DNA of 40,405 nucleotides from Gemmatimonadales bacterium (GTDB lineage Bacteria; Gemmatimonadota; Gemmatimonadetes; Palauibacterales; KS3-K002): NCBI GenBank assembly GCA_050053635.1, contig JASFTI010000001.1, positions 1 to 40,405 of the forward strand, read 5' to 3'. Shown piece by piece: positions 34,208 to 40,405 of this stretch (position 1 is its first letter; each line of letters starts with the position of its first letter). The notes under the pieces were generated by a model. It saw only the letters and a program-made list of their open reading frames with translations, ran no database searches and was not told where the DNA came from. The position numbers and the translations under genes were made by a program.

Positions 34208-34271
34208 GTATGCATCTCCCACGGTTGGTGCCGTTGCAAGTACTCCGGGCAGAAGTCTGGCACGGGATATC

Positions 34272-35024
34272 TTAAGGGGTTACGACGCCCACTAATCGGG
34301 CAGGTTGAAGGTGAGATGTCAAGACGACCCGGTCGAAGCGGTCGGTGAGCTCGAGCGCGGTTCGGGCGGCCTCCCTGGCTGCCGCCTCCAGTTCCGCGTT
34401 GTCCACCATGTTGATAACGGGAACGACGGTGGCGCTCCTGCTGTTCTTGAGCGCACCCTCGTCGTGGGCGAGGAGGCGAGCGACGTGGGTAGGTGTGATG
34501 ACCTCGCCGTATTCCGCCCCGGTGACGGTCTCGACACGTGAGAGACGGTGGGCGACGGTCTCGGTGAGTCGCTCGCCGAACGCCTTTGCCGACACGACTG
34601 GCACGACTGTCGTGGCCGTCTCGGGGATCAACGGCTCGCCGTCCTCCGGCGCCTTGATCCAGCGCATCCGTGCCCCGTCGCTCTTGACCAGCAGCACATC
34701 GAAACCCGCAGTGCCCTGGATCTCGGCGATCAGGTCGGGCGCCACGCCTGCGTGGCGCCCTGACTTCTCGGATGGGTGAGCGAATGCGACCAGCCGGTGC
34801 GCCGCCGCTGCCCGAGCCACGGCGGCAGCGAGCTCCGCCGCCTCGGCGACGACCACGTAGGCGCCCAGCCTGCTGGGAAAGTGCGTGTTGGGCACGGTGC
34901 AGGTGAGTCCGGCGCGGCCAGGGTGGGCCAGCGCGAGATGGTACAGCGTCGTCTTCTTGCCGCCGGCACCGACGGCGCAGACGGTTCCGGAGCGGGCGGC
35001 GAGCAGGTCGATCAGCTCGCTCAC
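34272..35024 (-). CDS. yqeC: YqeC-like protein (putative selenium-dependent hydroxylase accessory protein family)
   Basis: Pattern matches my recollection of the YqeC family: AVGAGGKKTTL P-loop-like N-terminus, DVLLVKSDGARMRWIKAPEDGEPLIP, VVPVINMVD. Not confirmed by a search. Confidence 0.55.
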   Translation of the reverse strand: MSELIDLLAARSGTVCAVGAGGKKTTLYHLALAHPGRAGLTCTVPNTHFPSRLGAYVVVAEAAELAAAVARAAAAHRLVAFAHPSEKSGRHAGVAPDLIAEIQGTAGFDVLLVKSDGARMRWIKAPEDGEPLIPETATTVVPVVSAKAFGERLTETVAHRLSRVETVTGAEYGEVITPTHVARLLAHDEGALKNSRSATVVPVINMVDNAELEAAAREAARTALELTDRFDRVVLTSHLQPARLVGVVTP

Positions 35025-35028
35025 GATC

Positions 35029-36099
35029 TCACTCGTTCAGCGGCGCGGCGTGCACCGAGAGAATGCGGGGCAGGAATCCGCTGATGATCGACCAGCTATC
35101 GCCGGCATCGCGGCTGGCGAATAGGTGGCCGCTCGACGTTCCGAAATAGACGCCACAGGGCTCGAGCCCGTCGGTGTCGATCGCCTCGCGTAGGATGGTA
35201 ACGTATGCGTTCTCCTGCGGTAGGCCGTGGGTCAGCGGTTGCCAATCGGCCCCGGCGTCGCGGCTGCGATATACAGTGATCGCACCCCCCACTGTTGTGC
35301 GGATGTGGCTGCTCTCCTCGGGGATGACATATACGGTATTGGGTTCGCAGGGGTCGGTAGCCACAGCGTAGCCGAAGTCGCTGGGTAGCCCATCCGTGAT
35401 CTCGAGCCAGTTCTCGCCGCGATCGTCGGTCCGGTACGTACCCGTGTGACTCTGCTGGTAGAGACGGTCCGGTCGCGCCGGGTTTAGCACGATCCGGTGA
35501 ACGCAGTGCCCCGACTCGGGACTCGTGTCTGGGAGGTAATCGGCCCGCACACCCTGGTTCACCGGCTTCCAGGTCGCGCCACCGTCGTCGCTGCGGTAGA
35601 CGCCGCCTGCCGAGATCGCCGCATAAATGCGCCCCGCGTCACGCGGATCGACGCAGATCGAGTGGAGCGCCAGCCCTCCCTTCGCCGGTTGCCAGCTAAC
35701 GCGGGTGGCATGCTCGTTGAGCCCTCGGACCGGCTCCCAGCGCCCACCACCGTCACGGCTCAAGAAGAGACCCGCCGGCTGAATCCCGGCATACAGCGTC
35801 CCCGGCTCGTCGGCGTGGCCCGGCGCCAGATGCCAGATCGCCTTGAGGCTACCAGCCCCCTCCGCTGCTGCATGGTGGGGTGCCTCTGGCGACGGGTCCC
35901 AGCTTCGCCCTCCGTCGATGCTGCGGTAGACGTGCACGCCCCAGACCGCGTGGTGTGCCGCGGCGTACGCGGTCGCGAAGTCGCGCCGATCCAGGCACGC
36001 ATGATAGATCTCGTAGCCGGCAAGGTACGGCCCTTCCAGGCGCCACTCGCGACGCTGCAGGTCAGACGTGGCGCGAAACAGGCCCTTTCGCGTGCCCAC
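35029..36099 (-). CDS. BNR/Asp-box repeat beta-propeller protein (sialidase-fold, cytoplasmic)
   Basis: Six Asp-box-like SxDxGxxW motifs (SIDGGRSW, SRDGGGRW, SDDGGATW, TDDRGENW, SRDAGADW, SRDAGDSW). No signal peptide. The GTG start at 36099 is uncertain. Confidence 0.7.
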   Translation of the reverse strand: MGTRKGLFRATSDLQRREWRLEGPYLAGYEIYHACLDRRDFATAYAAAHHAVWGVHVYRSIDGGRSWDPSPEAPHHAAAEGAGSLKAIWHLAPGHADEPGTLYAGIQPAGLFLSRDGGGRWEPVRGLNEHATRVSWQPAKGGLALHSICVDPRDAGRIYAAISAGGVYRSDDGGATWKPVNQGVRADYLPDTSPESGHCVHRIVLNPARPDRLYQQSHTGTYRTDDRGENWLEITDGLPSDFGYAVATDPCEPNTVYVIPEESSHIRTTVGGAITVYRSRDAGADWQPLTHGLPQENAYVTILREAIDTDGLEPCGVYFGTSSGHLFASRDAGDSWSIISGFLPRILSVHAAPLNE

Positions 36100-36292
36100 G
36101 AGCAGAACGAGGTTCGACTGCCTGGAAGCGCGGATAGCTTACCTCCCGGCCCGGTTCCTTGCGGTGAAAGATCATCTGAATCTCAGGAAATTCGCCAGGC
36201 GCACAAGATGCGCACCCGGCCGCCGCCGAGCTCACGAACTTTGCCTGATCTGAGCGATCAGAGAGGAGGGGACTTCCTGGCGAAGCGGTCCG

Positions 36293-36736
36293 CTAGGACG
36301 TCGTGCACTCGATCCGCCCCTCCTTTATGCCGGCAATGGCCGGAGGGGTCACGGGACCGGTGTAGAACGCGCACTCGATGTCCTCGTCGCTGTTGTGCGT
36401 CACCTTGGCGCTCCAACCGTTGCCCGTCGTCTCCAGGATCGTGATCACGACCTCCGGGGTCTGGTTGAAGTCCAGCAAAGCGACATCATCCGCGTAGCTC
36501 TTGGTTTCGGACCAGTAGGACTCTTGGGCGGAGACGATCGAGCGCAGGTCGGTTACCGCCTGTGAGCGGTGGGCCTTTTCACGCGCGCCGGTGAAGCGGG
36601 GCAATGCGATCAGGCTGATCAACCCGATGAGGGTGACGACGATGAGTAGCTCGATCAGCGTGAAACCCCGAGCGCCGACCGCCAGTCCTCTCGCCACCGT
36701 CCTCAGGTGGGGGTCTATACGTCGAGCCTGCTCCAT
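36293..36736 (-). CDS. Type IV pilin (major-pilin-like) with an unusually long leader
   Basis: ARG|FTLIELLIVVTLIGLISLIALP, with a two-Cys C-terminus (IECAF...RIECTTS). ATG 36736 has GGAG 8 nt upstream. An alternative ATG at 36766 would lengthen the leader further. Confidence 0.75.
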   Translation of the reverse strand: MEQARRIDPHLRTVARGLAVGARGFTLIELLIVVTLIGLISLIALPRFTGAREKAHRSQAVTDLRSIVSAQESYWSETKSYADDVALLDFNQTPEVVITILETTGNGWSAKVTHNSDEDIECAFYTGPVTPPAIAGIKEGRIECTTS

Positions 36737-36812
36737 AAGAACGACTCCAAGAACGACACCAGGCATATGACCACCGTGGCGGGCGACGGAAACGGCGGTC
36801 GGCCATCAAGCC

Positions 36813-36828
36813 AGCAAGCTCCGTGCCG
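36813..36828 (-). promoter_or_regulatory. Candidate sigma-54 (-24/-12) promoter of the pilin gene
   Basis: The minus strand reads cGGCACG-gagc-TTGCT, a near-perfect match to TGGCACG-N4-TTGCW. It lies 78 nt upstream of ATG 36736. Confidence 0.6.
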
Positions 36829-37190
36829 TGTGCGGTTGATTCGTTAAGTTGTTCCTCAGTATACTTTTACGAGACCGAGCCCGCGCCTTCCCGCACGCGC
36901 GACCGGCTCGCTGAGCCGCATATTGCAGGCTGTCCCGCGGAGTGCGGGAGTCAGCCTGCCCGGCGCTGGCGGTGGGAGGGGTGGCCCGCTGCGCGGCTGC
37001 CGATCGCGCAAGTGTAAGTGGGATATGCAGTTAGACTCTCGGCTCCGCGACTTCGCCTTGAACTTCGCCGCCGGGCGGGCTGGGGAACGACGTCGGCCGG
37101 CCCGCGGTTTCTATCTGGTGTGACACGACGGCGTAGAAGAGAGCGAATCTGGATGGTGAGACTGTGGGCACCAGGCCCGGGAGAAAGAGG

Positions 37191-37652
37191 ATGAACGTAA
37201 TTCACCCCGTCTTCGTGCACCTGCACATAGCGTTTCTGCTCATGGCCTTCTTGGCGATGGCGTACTGGCTGGCCAAGGGCTTGGGATCGTCGGTGTTTGA
37301 TGACAAGATCTACCGCTTCGCGCGTGTCTGCACGAAGCTCGGCGTGGTCTTTGTCGTACTCTCCATGCTGGCCGGCTTGAGGGACGGGTTCCAGGGCACG
37401 ATAGCCCGGTTCGGCGGGGCGCACGGTGGCTGGTTGGTTGTCAAGGCGACGGCGGCGATAATCATGCTGGGAGTCTACGGCCTGTTCCTCTATTTCAGTG
37501 GCAAGAAGCCGCGCTACCTGCAGGAGGATCCAGGGGTCCTGGCCTGGTGTTTGGTGACTCAGGCCGTTGGGGTGGCATTGATGGTGGGCATCACGGCGAT
37601 CGGCACCATGCTGGTTTACTTCCGGGGATCGCTCCCCGGGTTAAGCCTCTAG
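37191..37652 (+). CDS. DUF2231-like four-TM membrane protein
   Basis: MNVIHPVFVHLHIAFLLMAF resembles the HPxxVHFPIA N-terminus of DUF2231. The stop lies 6 nt before the NDH-2 start. Confidence 0.45.
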   Translation: MNVIHPVFVHLHIAFLLMAFLAMAYWLAKGLGSSVFDDKIYRFARVCTKLGVVFVVLSMLAGLRDGFQGTIARFGGAHGGWLVVKATAAIIMLGVYGLFLYFSGKKPRYLQEDPGVLAWCLVTQAVGVALMVGITAIGTMLVYFRGSLPGLSL

Positions 37653-37658
37653 CCGCAG

Positions 37659-38924
37659 ATGGGACCGCGCATCGTCATCGCTGGTGGAGGATTCGCTGGC
37701 CTCTACGCCGCCCTATACCTGGCGCGCTCGCCGGACCGGGCACCCGGTACGGTCATCACGCTCGTCGATCGAAAGAACTTCTTCACCTTCACACCGCTGC
37801 TGGCCGAGGTCGCCAGCGGGTCGTTGGGGCGCGAGCACGTGACGCAGCCCTACCGGGTGTTCGCCGCGAAGCACGATTTCGATTTCCTGCAGGCGAGCGT
37901 CGCGTCCATCGACCTGAAGGGGAAGAAGCTGCTCACCGATGTTAAGCCCCTGTCCTATGACTACCTCGTGGTCGGCCTAGGTGGGGAGCCCAGGTATTTC
38001 GGGCTCGAGGAAGTCGAACGAGCTGCGATGCCTTACCAGACGCTGCGACATGCACTGGCGTTACGGAACCGCGTGATCGGTCTCGTAGAGCGCCTGCAGC
38101 ACACAGCGGAGCCGGAGTCGAAGCAGGCCATGATGAGCTTCGTCGTCGCCGGCGGCGGCCCGGCGGGCACCGAAGTGGCGAGCGAATTGCGGCACCTGCT
38201 GTGCGTGGTCGCGCCGCGCTACTACAAGATCGATGTGCCCCCGCGCATCGTGCTGGTCGAGGCCGCCGAAGAGATCCTGGCCCAGTTCGATCCGGGCTTG
38301 GCGCAAGCGGGGCACCGCGTCCTCGAGCAGCGGGGGGTAGAAGTTTGTGTCGGCGTGCGTGTTACAGGCTACACGGGCGGCGAGGTGAAGCTCTCCGACG
38401 GGCAGCGGATCAGAGCGGACACCCTGATCTGGACGGCGGGCCTCGGGCCCAACCGAGTGATTCGGGATGGCGATTTGCCGCAGGCCGACGGTCGCGGTGT
38501 AGAGGTAGACCAGCACTTACGGGCGCGGGGCCATCCGGACGTCTATGCCGTCGGCGACTGTAGTCACATCGTGAACCCCCGCACGGGACGGCCCTACCCG
38601 AATGTCGCGCCCATCGCCATCAACCAGGGTGTCCAGGCCGCGGCCAATATCGAGAACGACGTCGTCGGCCGCCGTCTCGAGTGCTACCAGGCCCATTACG
38701 CGGGCAAAATCGTCTCCTTGGGCGCCGGCCAAGCGCTTGTCGATGTTCTGGGCCTCCACTGGACGGGCCGCCCGGCTTGGTGGCTCTACCGACTGACCTA
38801 CCTGCTCAAGCTGGTGGGCGCCCGACCCAAGGTCCGACTGGCCCTTACGCTGGCCATGAACCGGATGCTGCCTCCCGACCTCAGCTACGAGAGGTTGGCG
38901 GGTGAACAGCTACCCGGCGGCTGA
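37659..38924 (+). CDS. ndh: Type II NADH dehydrogenase (NDH-2), FAD-dependent pyridine nucleotide-disulfide oxidoreductase
   Basis: Two dinucleotide folds (IVIAGGGFAGL; FVVAGGGPAGTE) plus AVGDC...PNVAPIAINQG. Confidence 0.85.
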   Translation: MGPRIVIAGGGFAGLYAALYLARSPDRAPGTVITLVDRKNFFTFTPLLAEVASGSLGREHVTQPYRVFAAKHDFDFLQASVASIDLKGKKLLTDVKPLSYDYLVVGLGGEPRYFGLEEVERAAMPYQTLRHALALRNRVIGLVERLQHTAEPESKQAMMSFVVAGGGPAGTEVASELRHLLCVVAPRYYKIDVPPRIVLVEAAEEILAQFDPGLAQAGHRVLEQRGVEVCVGVRVTGYTGGEVKLSDGQRIRADTLIWTAGLGPNRVIRDGDLPQADGRGVEVDQHLRARGHPDVYAVGDCSHIVNPRTGRPYPNVAPIAINQGVQAAANIENDVVGRRLECYQAHYAGKIVSLGAGQALVDVLGLHWTGRPAWWLYRLTYLLKLVGARPKVRLALTLAMNRMLPPDLSYERLAGEQLPGG

Positions 38925-38955
38925 GCGTGGATCGATCGGGCTTCGCCTGTAAGCG

Positions 38956-38984
38956 TTGACATCAAGCGGATTTCGGCATAGTGT
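38956..38984 (+). promoter_or_regulatory. Candidate sigma-70 promoter for rpsU
   Basis: TTGACA (38956-61), a 17-nt spacer, then TAGTGT (38979-84). It lies about 65 nt upstream of the rpsU ATG. Confidence 0.45.
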
Positions 38985-39050
38985 TCGGTCCGCGAGACGG
39001 ACACGACTGTGGCGGCGACGCCGCCGCGCGGAGGAGGTGAACCGAGAGTA

Positions 39051-39242
39051 ATGGTACAGGTTGTCGTCAACGAAGGTGACGATCTCGAGCGCGTCCTACG
39101 CCGCTTCAAGCGGCAGGTGCAGAAGGCCGGCATCTTCACGGACTTGAAGCGCAAGAAGCACTACGAGAAGCCGAGCGAGATGCGAAAGCGTAAGCGCAAC
39201 GCTGCTCGGCGCCGTAGCCGCCGGACTCGGCAGCGGAGGTAG
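39051..39242 (+). CDS. rpsU: 30S ribosomal protein S21
   Basis: [43 protein letters not shown] with a basic tail. GGAGGAGG lies upstream. Confidence 0.9.
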   Translation: MVQVVVNEGDDLERVLRRFKRQVQKAGIFTDLKRKKHYEKPSEMRKRKRNAARRRSRRTRQRR

Positions 39243-39278
39243 CGAGACTCCGGGGATCGACTCTGGGGGAATCTCCTC

Positions 39279-39317
39279 AAAGCCCGCGTGCGTCTGAGCA
39301 ACGCGGGCTTTTGCTTT
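39279..39317 (+). terminator. Rho-independent terminator of rpsU
   Basis: Stem AAAGCCCGCG (39279-88) pairs with CGCGGGCTTT (39302-11) around a 13-nt loop, followed by TGCTTTC. Confidence 0.7.
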
Positions 39318-39404
39318 CGGTCGAGGACACGTTACGAGGTGACTGCACTCTCGAGTATCTTTCGCACTATGATCGACGCGGGCGTTCCCGGAACGGGGCG
39401 GGTT

Positions 39405-40405
39405 ATGGGAGATGACCTGGTTGAACGGTTCGATAACCACGTCTGCGCCGCTGACCTACTGCCACCGATGTCGGCGATTACAGTGGCCCTCTCCGGGGGC
39501 CTCGATTCCGTCGTGCTGCTCGACCTCTTGCTCGCGCTTCGCGATCGTAGGGACTGGGCCATCTCTGCCGCCCATTTCGACCATCGAATGCGCGAGGAGA
39601 GCGCGAGGGACGCTGTATGGGTGACGCAGCTGTGTGAATCGTTGGGCGTCCCCTGTCGGGTAGGTCGGGCGCCCCGTGTCCCCAAGAACGAGGCAGCGGC
39701 CCGAGAGCTCCGCTACAGCTTCCTCGAGCGGGCTCGGGCGGCGCTCGGCGCTCGCTGGTTGGTCACCGCTCATCAGGCTGATGACCAGGCGGAGACGGTG
39801 CTGTTCCGTTTGCTGCGCGGTAGCGGCCTGGCGGGTCTCGCTGGCATTCCCACCCGGCGTGCAGCGGACGTGGTCCGGCCGTTGCTGCCGTTCTGGCGCT
39901 CCGAGCTCGAGGCCTACGGGCGCGCCAGGCGTCTGAGCTATCTGGCTGACCCATCCAACTTGGACCTGAAGATCACGCGCAATCGAATCCGCCACCGGTT
40001 GATTCCGGCAATCGAGGCGACGAGTGCTCCGGAGTTTCGCCGTGAGCTGTACCGGCTGTCGGAACTGGCTGGTCGGGCCGCCACTGTGGTCGCGAATCTG
40101 ACCGAAGCGGCGGTCGATGAGCTGATTCTCGAGGCGGCGGAAACCCGCATAGCAGTTGCACGTACAGAGTTGCTCGCCTATGATACAAATGCGCGGGCAC
40201 ACCTCTTGCGCGCGCTCGTGGCGCGCGTGGGCCCACGCCCGGGCCGGATCGGAACGCGCATCGCACTCAAGTTTGTTGACTCAAGCTCAAGCGGGCGTGC
40301 CATTGATCTCGCCGGCGGCGTCGTCATGCGCCGTGAATTCGATCGCTTCATCATCGAGCGGCTTGCGGCCAAAGAGAAGGCGCTCGATCGAGAGTTGGTG
40401 GTCGG
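39405..40405 (+). CDS. tilS: tRNA(Ile)-lysidine synthase, 3'-partial (runs off the window end; not in the supplied ORF track)
   Basis: The frame is open from ATG 39405 (alternative ATG 39369) to the window end. It has the PP-loop ITVALSGGLDSVVLL, then AHFDHRMREES, VTAHQADDQAETVLFRLLRGSG, RPLL and DPSN...RNRIRH. Confidence 0.85.
   Translation, partial: MGDDLVERFDNHVCAADLLPPMSAITVALSGGLDSVVLLDLLLALRDRRDWAISAAHFDHRMREESARDAVWVTQLCESLGVPCRVGRAPRVPKNEAAARELRYSFLERARAALGARWLVTAHQADDQAETVLFRLLRGSGLAGLAGIPTRRAADVVRPLLPFWRSELEAYGRARRLSYLADPSNLDLKITRNRIRHRLIPAIEATSAPEFRRELYRLSELAGRAATVVANLTEAAVDELILEAAETRIAVARTELLAYDTNARAHLLRALVARVGPRPGRIGTRIALKFVDSSSSGRAIDLAGGVVMRREFDRFIIERLAAKEKALDRELVV

Noticed and set aside
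34255..34270. TGGCACGGGAT on the + strand, resembling a -24 box
   Set aside because: There is no GC element at the -12 position (the sequence reads ATCT), and no + strand gene lies downstream.
39456..40202. 248-aa minus-strand ORF at the window end
   Set aside because: The opposite strand encodes a clear TilS (PP-loop SGGLDS and following motifs) that is missing from the ORF track only because it has no stop inside the window. The minus ORF is a shadow.
1..40405. CRISPR arrays, IS elements/transposases, integrases, prophage genes, rRNA/tRNA genes, toxin-antitoxin pairs, known defence-system signatures
   Set aside because: I scanned both strands by eye. I saw no regularly spaced direct repeats, no DDE/HUH/tyrosine-recombinase motifs, no tRNA cloverleaf candidates and no nuclease/ATPase defence-like gene pairs.

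Overview
GC-rich bacterial chromosomal segment, apparently from a diderm organism because it encodes outer-membrane proteins and RND/TolC components. I count about 37 credible protein-coding genes. I found no rRNA, tRNA, CRISPR array, transposase or integrase. Phylum cannot be assigned from sequence alone.

1-21.4 kb is mostly housekeeping, stress and envelope genes:
- a partial TolB-like propeller plus an 86-aa PD40 mini-ORF
- a PEBP/YbhB-like protein, a DinB-family protein and Hsp15 (hslR)
- an RND efflux operon in the order RND-OMF-MFP
- Mn-type SOD, a VOC/glyoxalase protein and a CPBP-like membrane protein
- two hypotheticals (one with TPR repeats), a small ORF and a SnoaL-like lipoprotein
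- hisA, a FetAB-like ABC exporter, hutH, a GlsB/YeaQ protein and a large DUF2339 membrane protein

21.5-37 kb is rich in surface-appendage genes:
- a translationally coupled minor-pilin/pseudopilin operon (FimT/GspH-like, PilV-like, PilW-like) ending in two tandem paralogous ~435-aa PilX-like proteins
- a convergent REC-GAF-GGDEF cyclase whose receiver has Glu at the phospho-acceptor position
- a quinone oxidoreductase, a GT4 and a GT2 glycosyltransferase
- a beta-barrel OMP with an extremely acidic D/Y/W-rich loop
- two orphan major-type pilins, one ending in an 11-lysine tail, which bracket a minus-strand array: BNR propeller, YqeC-like protein, an OMP 'transporter' with an apparent frameshift in its signal peptide, and a secreted hypothetical

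The window ends with a DUF2231-like protein, NDH-2, rpsU and a 3'-partial tilS.

Most interesting signals:
1. Sigma-54-type -24/-12 promoters sit in front of the minor-pilin operon, one pilin and the acidic-loop OMP, which suggests a common regulon.
2. One pilin carries a poly-Lys tail, and the neighbouring OMP carries a polyanionic loop.
3. The duplicated PilX-like proteins look beta-solenoid-like, and no PilY1 is present.
4. A composite palindromic (REP-like) element is present at two convergent gene junctions.

All functional links are inference. No searches or folding calculations could be run.
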